Shown here: positions 1 through 11,663 of the stretch, piece after piece
Numbering within the stretch: the first letter of the stretch is position 1
How the letters are laid out: the number at the start of each line of letters is the position of its first letter
Origin: Diadema antillarum
Taxonomy: Eukaryota
Length of the DNA stretch: 64,000 bases
Reading direction: 5' to 3'
NCBI RefSeq assembly: GCF_040938485.1
Contig: NW_027271091.1
Span: 248,001-312,000, forward strand
Translations under genes and position numbers: made by a program
The notes under the pieces: generated by a model
What the model was told of the DNA's origin: nothing
What the model saw: the letters and a program-made list of their open reading frames with translations, nothing else
Databases searched by the model: none

Positions 1-890
1 ACTCACTCAGTGAACACAACCAATGGACTATACTGGAGTATTGAAATGTTGATAAAAACTAGAAATATCACAAGACTAGAAAGAACAAATTACCTCACGG
101 GTCGTTCAACTACAACTGCTGAGGGGAATTCCATCCTGATGCTGTATTAGTCGCTTAATATATGAAAGCAGAAACATCAGAGAAGTTGATATGCGAAAAT
201 TTGGGAATAAGTCAGAAACGTAAAAATTTACAAGCTGTTAACGTTTTGAGAGAAAGGCAAATTGACAATAACGCTTTAATGCAGCTCTCCCATTGAACAC
301 ATAGAAATGCACCGATTTTCCGTTTTTACTTAAAAAAAGATGTCTTCAGACCTGTTTTTGTTACATGATAACATTAATGCATTTTGCGTGTCCTCGGTCC
401 TGAGATAACACGTTGAATCTGAACTCAAATAATTGAGAACATCGACCAGAATATTTTCTTTAAACTATGAAAGGCGGAACACTGGGGGCACCATCACTAA
501 ACACACTAAACAAAAGGATCTGAGTTTCACCATGATTCATCTCCAGCATCATCAAAGGTTATAGGGGTTCAGATTTCACAAACAAATATCTGTGAAAAAC
601 ATGAGCAAAATCCGTTAAGAAATATGACTGGTAGGCCTATGCGAGCACACACAAGCAGACCCTCAAAAAAAAAAAAAAAACCAAAACAAGAACAACAACC
701 CAACCACTTATGTATAGACGGGACTAGCAAGGGTGCAATCATTTAGAATTTACAGGCGGCGAGATGCTATCATGCATGATAAGCCTACACTTCAATACTG
801 AATTTGAATAAAAAAAAAAATATATAGAATTGCACACAGAAATCCGTGACGCGGCAGCGAGACACTGAGCCTACTGGACCTAAAGTGGTG

Positions 891-1108
891 ACACAATATC
901 GGCTCCTGCGACAATTGCTGCAGTCTTATTTTTTTTCTGGAAGGACTTAGGGTTTGGATTAGGGTTGAGATAGGGGTTTTAGGTGTAGTTTAATGTGAGG
1001 ATTAGGATTAGAGTTAGGATTATGTTTGTGGATAGAGACTATGCTTGGCTTAGCGTGCATATATTTCATGGGAGCAATAAAAACTGTGGCAGGAGCAAAT
1101 GTTATGGA
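891..1108. mobile_element. Short non-autonomous element with subterminal inverted repeats and a degenerate TTAGGG core
   Basis: CTCCTGCGACA (903-913) is inverted relative to TGTGGCAGGAG (1085-1095) and flanks TTAGGG/TTAGGA-like repeats. Confidence 0.55.
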
Positions 1109-1259
1109 GAAAATTATTTCAGTGCACGTACTTGGGGATGAAAGTAGACACAGTCAAATTGAAAACTCATGTTCAGTTATGGGTTGTACCTTGCATACCA
1201 CTTTCCTACGTCACTAGACCTCCTGAGCTTATTATGGACTTGATGATTTACGAGGATGC

Positions 1260-1305
1260 TATAAAATGTTGCAGAGATAGGAAAGGGTATCAAACCTTAC
1301 TTCAT
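1260..1305 (+). promoter_or_regulatory. Putative TATA box and initiator-like motif for copy 1
   Basis: TATAAAA at 1260-1266 and TACTTC about 35 nt downstream (similar to CACTTC in copies 3/4), upstream of the candidate ATG at 1328. Confidence 0.4.
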
Positions 1306-1327
1306 AGCGACATCGCACCCAGCTACA

Positions 1328-3240
1328 ATGACGACACCAAATGCTAGAGGTGCTCAGAGAACCTTTTCGTATATACCTAAATTGGTGTTTTTATGCCACG
1401 TTAATGTAGAAAAAGTTAATTTTCGGCAATATTATATATATATTTTTTAAATTCTGTTTTGTCTTGCATGATAATGTCGACCATGACTGTATTTGTCATT
1501 GGTAACATCCATTTGTTGTCACTTTCTGCTTTCCTCAGAGATAATTCCCGCAAGTGGAGGATCCAATTTTTCGTTCGAAGTTCCTCAGTGCGTCAAGGAG
1601 AAATGCCACGAATATCGGGGTGTGGTCATGCCAAACCACATGCCTCCTCGCGCCCTGAAGGCCTTGGAAAATTTAGACGTCCGGCCAGATGACATCTTTG
1701 TTGTCACCTTTCCGAAAGCGGGTAAGTTTGACCAATATATATAATTATTTCATCGAGAAGCCTGTCCTCACGGGTCAACGAGCCTTCGTGATGTGTGATG
1801 TTTTTGATTTCGTCGGGGATATCAAAATACATGACCTATCCGGCTAGATAAAGCAATATATTGAAATAATTTGTGTTTTTTAATGACCAACATTGTGTCC
1901 GTTTGTACATTTCTGTTGTATAACTACAGAAAAGAAAAGTGTCTTTGATAACGTACTTCTTGATATGTCAAGAGGGTTACATTATTGCCAAGGTTCGTTG
2001 ATCTGACCTACACAAATTCCGTATACCTATGTTCATGAATCCAGAAATGACATAGCGTTACTTTATCCGATCAACGTGGCGTTATTCCGAAGGTTTATCA
2101 ATCCCCCACCCCCCCCAAAAAAAAGTGAAAACAGTTTCGTTATTACGAAGGTGTGATAATCTGAAAACGAATCAAAGCTCGTTATACCAAAGGTTCAATA
2201 ATCTGAAAATAATAGGTTTATTTTTTTTTTGTTCCGACGGTTCGTTATTCCGAAACACACGAATTCTGTACTTTGATATTCGTGAATCGGAAAATAAAAC
2301 AGGGTTCGTTGATTTGTGGCGATTTGTTACGCCGAAGGTTCGTTAGTTAAAAATAAAATATCGTTCAATATTCCGAAGGTTCATTGATAGGAATATGGAA
2401 AAAGTGTTATTCCGAAGGTTTGGTAATTTGAATGAAAACAAGATGCATACTAACGAACCTTCGGAGTTGCGAACCTCATTTTTCGCACCTCTGTTGTAAC
2501 AATGTAATCTCATTGCAGTTCGTTTATTTAGATTTCCAAGTGATGATGCATGATTATGCAATCATCATTTTCATGGCACCTGTATGTGCTCATTTAGATG
2601 CGCATAATCGGGTCACGGGGGATCTCGTACTAATAAGTGGTTGCATTCGTTGAAAGTCCATTCGCTAGTAAGTCCATGAACTATGAACCTTTGTGAGAAA
2701 CAAATTTAGACGCTCGATATCATTTCATGAGTTTGCCGTTCGTAGTCGGGAAGTTTAAATCAGAGCTGGGGACAGGGAGATGTGATGCGTTTTTCCGCTC
2801 AATCTCTGTATTGCTACTCTGTAAAACAATTAAAGAAAGGAAATACTGTGTGACCACATCTTTCATTGTCTTTTCCCCCGCCAGGTACCACTTGGATGCA
2901 GCAGATAATGCTACTCGTTCGTCATGAGGGGGACGTTACAAAATTAGCAGGAAAGCATTTGATTAAGACGGTTCCCTTCATAGACATTATCGATGTCTTT
3001 AATCATACTGATGTGAGTACCTAATACACTGAATTTACATTCTTTCGTTTACTACATCAAGAATGGGCAGACAGAGCTCTAGGAAACAATCTTTCAATTG
3101 CGATGTTCCTCAAGGCAATCTTCATAATGTACATAAATCATATAAATATGCTTCCAATGTTTTTTTTTTAACTGTGTCCCCACGACAAATGACTCATTCA
3201 ATTGATCTTGATAGACAGTTTCGTCTAAAAAAAAAAAAAA

Positions 3241-3273
<33 letters not shown>

Positions 3274-6200
3274 AAAAGTAGCCCTTCGTATAATTTGCAA
3301 CGTATCTTGGTGAGCTCATTTTAATGTTTTAAAGATAACTGATCTTTATCGTCATTAGTAATTTCGTACCAGGGCAATCCCCCCCCCCCCCGACTAAATA
3401 CTGGTAAGTAAAAAGGTCAGGGTAAAGATTAGGGTTAGGGTTAGGTTTAATGGTTGAGTTTGGATTAGGGTTAGGATTAGGTTCAGGATCAGGCTTAGGG
3501 TTTAGGGGAAGGGGAAGGGTCTGGGATAATTGCCCAGGAGGTAATTGCCCTTGATTTATGCACAAACTCAGTTATAACTTATACCTGCCAGCTTTATTGG
3601 CATGCATGTGAAAAAGCAGCTCCTTTCACAAAAACTCAACTAGGACTATTTTTTAAATCAATTTACATATACATTAATCAAATTGTTGAACCAAGATTCT
3701 GGAAAAGCCCATGGGATAAGTTAAAATGGCCCCGTGTCTAAATTCTTTCAGAACTAATTAAATTAAACGTCCTTTTGAGCAATTTGCAAAAATTCATCTG
3801 AGGCTAATTATAAGACACGATGTTGTATAATTATGTTATCCCCACGAAAATCTAAATCTTTGCTGACTTCTAAATACGTCCAAAATAACCGGAATATCAA
3901 GCTTTTTTTTTCCTTGAACGTAAAAGGATTGCTCAGCCGCTCCCATCATTCATTCATTCTTGTTTTCGCCATCGACTTTTGTTTTATTTTCACACCATAT
4001 TTTAAGCTTTTTCTTCTTCTCCTCCTCCCCCTCTCTTTCTTTTTCTTCTTTTTCTTTCTTTTCATCTACACAGCATCTTAGTGTTGGGATTGCTCTGGGG
4101 TGTTTGTTTTGAGCTAGTTAGGTTTCTATCCTTAGTTTCATTAATTCGCCTAGTTTGGGTTTGCAATTCCTTCCTTCAATATCTATGAATAGTAAATCAA
4201 TTAGTGTTTTATTATCTTAAAGGGTAAAGGCATCCTTTACGCATTGCTTTGGCAGTAGTCCTCTGTATCATCACCATTCTGATATACTCAAAATACATTT
4301 TGTAGTCGCTTTCATACGTTCTTTGCCATTTGCATATAGGCCCTACACTTATAAATTTCGTCGATTGCACATTGCATGTCAATGTATTTATTTTCTGTAA
4401 ATAATATTGATGTACATGTTTTCCTTGAAAAAGAAAAATGAATGAATGAATGGATGGATGAATGAATGAATGAATGAACGAATGGTCATCAAAGCGATAT
4501 AAAAAAAAAGATATAGACGGATTTCATAAAAGAATATGATTGGGCATAATAAAGTTTATTACGGGCCATGATATAATATGTCAATAATTTTTATTGTCAA
4601 AAGGAACAGAAAAACAATCCAGACAGAAAACTCGTTTATGTTGCGTGCTAAAAATTAGAATCAACCCAACAACTACAACCTATGAATAGCAAGAACAGGG
4701 CATCAGTAGGAATGCTGTGTATCCCGCTGTTAATATTAAATCAAACTATGTAGCGCTTGTAGTAAACATTAAAGACTTGATAAATGGCTATGATTATGAT
4801 AGGAGTTCAGTTACTCCGTATCCGAAAATATTTGCTGGTATCTTGAAAGACCTATAAAAGAGAACGTATTTCGAATAATGGCTACACTACAATCAATCCC
4901 CTCTCCTCTCAATCACCCAAACTTTGGATATCAGAGGTATCGGAACTACATGTAGGCCATACGGGGCGTCGGGAGGGGGGGGGGGGGGGGGGGTGTGGTC
5001 AGTTCTTACCTCCCCGCCTCACACACAGCATACTTCTCCCCCCTCCCGAAAAATTGATAAGAATGATAAAAATGAGGCCCCCGTGTTTTTTGCTTTTTAT
5101 TTTATGAGGGAGGGATGGGGGTTGTCATCATATAAAGCAAAAAATTACACTTTTTTAACGATTCAGTGTTTTGTTCCCGATAGTAATTATTTGTATTTAT
5201 ATAATTTTGTCTATTTTTGTCCCTACTGAGGAATGTTATATCGGGGAGACGCAGAGGTGGGGAACCCTCCAACCAAATTTAAGTCAAATAAAATGTTTGG
5301 CCCATGTAGGCCTACTTGTGTGCCAGTAGGAGACCTGAATACGTGGTTCTCCCCACTGTTTTGCGTACTGAAGTTGTCATAAGAAATTGGGTAAAAACAA
5401 CTGCAATATGATGTTCCTCTAAACAATTAGAATTAAGATATCCGTTAGAACTATAAGGGACTTTTGTATTAAAAAAAAAATATTCAAAGAGTCCGTCCCC
5501 CCCCCCCCTCTCTCTCTCAATACCTCTTGATTTTGCATTGGGCGCGCCAAAATTGCTTGTTCAACAATCCCACTTTTTTAAAATATTGGGACTTAAAGGG
5601 ATCGTACAGTTTGGTTGAGACTTAATTCAGGTTTCTAACATTTTTTTGGTGAGATAATGAGAAACCTCTTATGAAATATGAAAGAGCATGTAATTCTATG
5701 AGGAATTCAACGTTTATTTGATGAAAATTGGTTTTGAAATGGCTGAGATTTCAAAAAAAGAGGATTTTGAATTCCTCTTAAAATGGTATGCTCTGGACTA
5801 TATCATAAGTGTTTTCTTGGTATCTCGCAAAAAGTTAAAAGCCCAATTCTCATCTTCACCAATACTGTACCATCCCTTTAAACAGTCGCCTTGTGGGAAG
5901 AAACACAACAGAAGAAATCCATCACAGCCCCCGCTCGGAAACAAAGTTCAGCATTTTGTTTTAATGCTAACACATTGACAATTGTATGTAATGGAAGCCA
6001 TTACCCTAAAAACATTCGCATCGATCAAGGACGGTCAAATTTGCATTTTTAAAATTACCACTGTGTGATGTCATGACACTGTTTAAAATTTAAAATCTAA
6101 TTTGTCATTTAAGACTAAAGACACATTTGATGTTTCTTTAACCTTAAATTACAAATGAGGTGTGGGAATCCTAGAAATTATCAGTGTCCCGGCTCCTTCC

Positions 6201-9200
6201 CTATTATACCCCTAATCAATTCTACCATAAAATACAATAAAGATATCGATGATACTGAGATATACTCATGTGTAAATCTTTCTTGTTTTTGTTATCTATA
6301 TATGTGTTTAAGATGATCTTCAGTCGTTGTTTTGAATTCACTGTACATTAATCATTAACTTAAAACTGCAAGAGCTACCGTGCTTCTCTATAAACCAAAC
6401 ATGCTTTTATTAATTCGTTTCACTGTTCACTAGTACGACAAAGCTCCGTCGATAGCAGTTATGGCAAGCAAGATGCCGTCGCCACGGATGATGAAGTCAC
6501 ACTGCCGGCTGTCATGGCTACCCAAAGACATCCGATCGGACGACCCCAAAGCCAAGGTCATCTACTTGGCGCGAAACCCCAAGGATACCGCCGTCTCTCT
6601 CTTCCACTTCTGTCAATTCATAGAGACTCTTCCTCCCTACAAGTCCTGGGAAGTCTTTTTCGAAGAATTCATCAGCGATCGATGTTAGTAGCACTAAAGG
6701 AAAGAAAGTAATCTAAGTAATCGAATCATAATGTTCTTTGAACACTAGTGTTTGGAGGAAGTCTGTTAGATTTGTAAACCTTGCTCTTTTATTCAAACGT
6801 TTTTTGGTTGTTCTTTTTTTTAATACAAAAACTGACACTACCAAGAAGTCACGAGCTTATGCATGTTATTTATTTGCCTATTCAATACGTTGACTGACAA
6901 ATGGCGAAATGAGTTTGATCATTTCCTTTTTCCTAATACTTAGATTTTTTTTTAATGCAGATATATGGAGCTTAGGAATATCTCTACGCAAACACCGACA
7001 AAATATGCCTTATGGTCCTCAATGTTGTGAAACTAAAATCCTTAGATATCAATGATATTCTATGCGATTTTTATGTTTTAGACGATTACCGAAATCGTTT
7101 AACTTGTATTCTGACGTGTATGTATATCGACAGTTTATTCCTACGTTTTCTATAAAGCACTGACAAATATCGTTCTGTGAATGTCATAGTGTCCTGACTA
7201 TGGTGCTCAAGCAATCTTTCGGAATAAATGATAAGCAATCCGTCAACATCATTTGTCAGGATTTGAAGAAGGAAATGATAGAAACGCGCCTTGAAATGGA
7301 ATGTCCTTGTAACCTTCAATTTTGTTCTTGTTTGTCTTACAGCGGTTCTAGGGCCATGGTTTGATAACGTGCTCCCATGGTGGGAGAGACGAAACCATCC
7401 CAAAGTGCTCTTCCTCAAGTACGAAGACATGAAGAAGGTGTGTTTCCTGATAGAGAAAAATTCGTAATCTCTGTATTAATTTCCTAAGTTAAGAATTACA
7501 GTCCAGTTATTCAAGAGAACTCCGAATGATTTTTAGACTTTTTATAATTATTAGTTATATACAGGGTACAAAGTTTCAGAATTTACAGTGATTGGGATGA
7601 GAAATACAAATGCTTTCAAAATTCATAACAAATCGCACCACACAAGGAAATGATGGCATGGCAGCTTTACCATAGGAATACGTGAGTGGGGCTCAAGGAA
7701 TCAAATTCCATTACAACACAGCTCGCTATACAAGTTCACTTGTGTTGAATTTATGCGTGCTTTCTTCTTTTGTTTAAACAAAACAAGAAAGCATGCATAG
7801 ATTCAACATAGGTGAATTTGTTAGCCGAGCAGTTATTGTAATGAAATTACATTGCTATAATTTCTGAAATATGTGAGCCACCTGTGTCATCATCCTTGTT
7901 CAGCGTAATTTGTTTTTAGTTTTTCAGAGGATTGGTTTATCTGATCAAGGACCACAATAAATTCCACAAATCTGTACATGGAGGTATCGATTAATGTAAA
8001 AAATGATGTGAAATAGTGAAATTTGTCTAGACTTTCCCTTTAACTTTCCCTTCAACTTTCCCTTTAGTCTGATAAGAAAGAGTAAATCTTATGAGTGCAA
8101 CTGTGAAAATTTTATCCAAATCAGATAAAAAATGAATTTGGCTAAGTTTCACTAATTTCTGCACAACAGTTCTCGTCCAGTTTGACAAGGATATGCAAAT
8201 GAGTTAGCTTATGATGTCATTACTTCACAATTTACCATTGGCTTAATCTATCGATCATGTAAAAAGAAATGACAAAATTCAATGTTTCTGTTATCAATGT
8301 GTAAGACAAGATGTCATTCCAGATTGAATAACTTCAAAATGATGATCAGTTAGAAATATCAGGATTATTGGACTTGGGTGTCATTTTGCGTTTAAATGAA
8401 AAACTGGAAATTTCAAAATTTTATATACAAACTATATGGCAAGTTATGAGGGATGACAGCACCTCCTCACTATTTGCATATTCATACTGACTGTTCAAGA
8501 ACTGCTTCCTGAACAATTAGTGAAATTTCAGTATGTCATAACTTCCTTATTTTTCACCTAATTTTGATCAAATTTTCATTTGAAAGAAAGATTTTATTCA
8601 GAGGGGTGAAGGTTCAGATGCGAGTTTCTTCACTTTGTCTCCCTGTACAAATTAAATTTGTTAAGATCGCCTTGCAGAGGGAGACAAAGAGAAGAAACTC
8701 GCATCTGAAATTTTCATTGTTGTGCTAAACAATTTTACTCCTTCTTTTCAGAATATCTTTAACCTACACTGGAGTTATCCTTTAAGGAGAGCAGTCAGCC
8801 AACGAGTTATGGGTGGATATGTAGATGCTTTATGTATATAGACGAATGTGTATGTATAATTATGTACAGGACCTACCTGAAGGCACACAATGGTTTGATG
8901 ATAAATTTGGTATTACTTTTTTATTCACAGTACTTTTCAACTCTTTTTGTCCATTACTTTAGCTGTATAGATATACCACTCATAAACATATCTTACAGCC
9001 TCATTTTCTATCAAATCATCGTATAATAACTCCACAAAAGGATAGATATTGCGCAATCTTTTGCCGGCTTTACACCATGTTATGATAACTTGATTTATTA
9101 TCATGCAACGTACGGATTTATAGATATTCAGGGTAATTGTGAATGACTAGATCGTGGGATCTGTCACTTCTTATTCCGGGTGTGCGTCTTCACTTTGTGG

Positions 9201-10647
9201 TGTTTCGTTTTTCTGTTTCTTTTTGTTTACATAGTGTAAATTACACTGTGCATACACAGTGATGTGGTCATTTACAGTGTGTGGTATCAAAATGAATTTC
9301 CAAACATTTCATAAATACTTGGCACCAGATAATGAATTCTAATTTTTTCTAAAAATGGAAAAAAAATCCTTCATGTCTGAGGGGAGATACCCCCTCTTAT
9401 AACCTTCACTCGACCTCAATTTCTGAATACATGTATTCCACCCAAAATGTGCACTAGATCGTTCATTTTTAATTCTAAAAATATTACGACCCCATCGTGT
9501 GGCCGAGGGATACCTCTATTCACACCCAAATTTCCATAGATTTTGCACAAAGTGAAAAAAGTTAATACAGTGTACCCTAATACATTGTAGCCGTTCACAT
9601 TTTTACGCGAAATATTTATTTTGTTTACTTTTCGAATAAATATGTAAAATTCTTTTCAGTGGAATTTCAATCCTGAAAATACAAAATGCACACCCCTGAT
9701 ACATTCCCCAATCCAGAAAAAAAAGATAGAAGCCTCTGCCTAAATGTCTTCCATGCTTCACTATTTTTTCCTCTCTAACTTGAAAGATTACCTGAAAATA
9801 TATCAAAGGATTGAATAAAAACACCCAAAAAGTAACTTTAAGCCTAATTATCTGATCTAGGATCACCGTGGAACAGTGGAGCGGGTGGTGGCACAATTCA
9901 TGGGGAAGTCCCTTACTGATGACGTCATCGATCGAATTGTTGAGGCCTCAAGTTTCGGCGTGATGAAGAAGAGCAAGAGTTCTAACCCTGACTCCCTCCT
10001 GGCGAGAGTGGGCCTGGCTCGGAAGGAGCAGGTCTTCGTTCATGCGGAAAGGTACTGTCGATTTTATTTCTTTGTGTTATATGCGTCCATAAAACATGCA
10101 CAAATATTTACAGGCAAAATATGCTTGCCCAACAAATGGCAAATCACAGGCCGATATTACGAATGACTTTTAATACGGCAAACGAAATAAACGCAGTGAT
10201 AACCCCCCCCCCCCCCCCAAAAAAAAACAAAAAAAAACTGTACAGATGTAATTATCATAGCTTCTCCACTACAACTATCAGTTATGCATTTTCCTGAAAC
10301 TGTCAGAGATGAACGTTGATACTTCAAGGTTTAATTATATGAGGACAGCGACGATTTGTATCAAGCTGTTTATCAGATATGACACATTGTAGTTCCCAAA
10401 CTGGTGTTTATGCATTACCATGGAAGTCACTCGGACACTTCTATATCTAAATCGGTACCTGTACCTGTCTTCATAAATACATATTTTTGCGATTGACGGT
10501 GATCGCGATATTTTGTCGTTGTTTTCGTTTTGTCAGGTGCTATAGGTGACTGGAAAAAATTACTTCACCGAAGACCAGAACCGACGATTTGACGAACTCT
10601 ACGCCGAAAAAATGAAGGGGACTGGCCTTGAATTCCAATTTGAATGA
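1328..10647 (+). CDS. Cytosolic sulfotransferase (SULT1-like), copy 1; frameshifted in exons 6 and 7 as assembled. Exons: 1328-1349 (tentative), 1539-1721, 2885-3012, 6434-6683, 7343-7437, 9861-10051, 10537-10647
   Basis: Hand-spliced GT-AG exons give the motifs RPDDIFVVTFPKAG-TTW (5'-PSB loop), PRMMKSH (catalytic His), YLARNPKDTAVS (3'-PB), GPWFDNVLPWW, LFLKYEDMKKD. Exon 6 is 191 nt, which puts FMRKG out of frame. Exon 7 is 111 nt versus 110 in intact paralogs (TGG AAAAAA T). Exon 1 (MTTPNAR+G) is inferred from phase, an upstream TATAAA and its 22-nt length matching copies 4/5; its donor (AG|GTGCTC) is weak. Confidence 0.88.
2080..2485. repeat. Foldback-type minisatellite element (GGTTCGTTATTCCGAA-like units), copy A
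   Basis: Many degenerate GTTATTCCGAAGG(TTCG) units, then inverted units (AACGAACCTTCGGA) near 2452-2476. Confidence 0.7.
3371..3551. mobile_element. Short element with AGGGCAAT/ATTGCCCT inverted ends and a degenerate TTAGGG core
   Basis: Inverted ends at 3371-3378 and 3544-3551; (TTAGGG)-like run about 3428-3505. Confidence 0.55.
5597..5877. mobile_element. Palindromic MITE with TTAA target duplication (Kolobok-like), family K1
   Basis: TTAA|AGGGAT...ATCCCT|TTAA; related copies at about 13377, 35423 and 40065. Confidence 0.8.
7565..7980. mobile_element. Degenerate palindromic MITE with a strong central hairpin
   Basis: Inverted arms centred on GTTTAAAC (7772-7779); looser outer inverted similarity (GTGGGGCTCA/TGAGCCAC, CAAGGAAATGATGGCA/TGTCATCATCCTTG). 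Confidence 0.55.
8065..8784. mobile_element. TTAA-type MITE family K2, degraded copy
   Basis: Shares TTAGTCTGATAAGAAAGAGTAAA, ATGCAAATGAG and ATGTCATAACTT blocks with the 60272-60887 element; ends GAGTTATCCTTTAA. Confidence 0.65.
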
Positions 10648-11202
10648 ATTATCTGTTTCTGTGCAGAAACAGATTGAACAGAGACAGATTTTGAATAAAT
10701 TATCTCTTTCTTTTGTGTTCAGGTTTATTCACCATTGTGTAGTGTGCATATGTTTAATACGATAAATTATCGCTTATGTATTTTATGTAATTCCTATACA
10801 AAGTTTACAAAGATTTCAGAATCCCTGTAGAAAGTGAATTATCATTCTTTTCGACAATAGAATTGAGCTTTCTCTACATGGTCTCCAGGTATATAAGTAT
10901 CCTGATGAGTAATAGACGTTGTCTTGATCCATTATACACTTGATATGACTGTAGATGAACTTCGAATTGTTTTCTTCTTTTACAATGCACTTGTTTGCCT
11001 TCAGGAGTATGTTGCGATTACAAAATAAAGTATATCATCACAATTTAATAACAACGATCTGGTGAAAGGCTTTGTGCAAATTTAGCCTATGTATATCTTG
11101 TGCAGTATTTATTAACATCTCTCCAACTAACCATAGTTTTGCAGATTTTCTCAGCAATTTTGGGAAAAGAAATACGAAGCTATAAGCTCTGAAAATGCAT
11201 TT

Positions 11203-11663
11203 CAATAAGCCAGTTCGGAGTTCCACTCTGCGCATGAGCAGAAAAAAGGTCATTCGGACCAACAGGCACGTTGGTTTGTAAAGTCACTGGGATAAGCGTC
11301 TGTGATGTATTATTATGTATAATGATTATTCATGTAATCCTTTTAAATGCTGCTTGCCAGCACATCCACCTGACAGCAAAAGTGGTATTTGGCAATATCG
11401 ATAGAAAGAGGTTGTTCTTACATTCAATGTAAGATAATGAAATGGATGCTTTCCCAAGTGTTAATTGACGGATCATTCTGGCCATCTGGTCTATGCGAGT
11501 TCATTCTTTGTTTAAGCAGGATTGATGAATACCATAAACCGTTGCGTAAAGCTTATGCATTATGTCGCTCTGAAAACGAGTGAAGAGCCCCTTAACCGAC
11601 TGAGAAAAAAGCAAGGTCATTCGGACCAATGTGCCCATGAGCTAACTCCGAACTGGCTTATTG
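11203..11663. mobile_element. 461-bp element with perfect 20-bp terminal inverted repeats, unclassified
   Basis: CAATAAGCCAGTTCGGAGTT (11203-11222) and AACTCCGAACTGGCTTATTG (11644-11663); no clear TSD. Confidence 0.65.

Noticed and set aside
1483-1501. ATGACTGTATTTGTCATTG|GTAAC as exon 1 of copy 1
   Set aside because: It would need a 37-nt intron. The 1328-1349 candidate fits paralog size, the TATA position and a 189-nt intron better.
3428-3505. TTAGGG runs as a true telomere or chromosome-fusion scar
   Set aside because: The runs are short, highly degenerate and enclosed by inverted element ends.
10000-10560. Programmed ribosomal frameshifting rescuing copy 1
   Set aside because: Two separate shifts would be needed and there is no clear slippery site with a downstream structure. 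Decay or assembly error is simpler.
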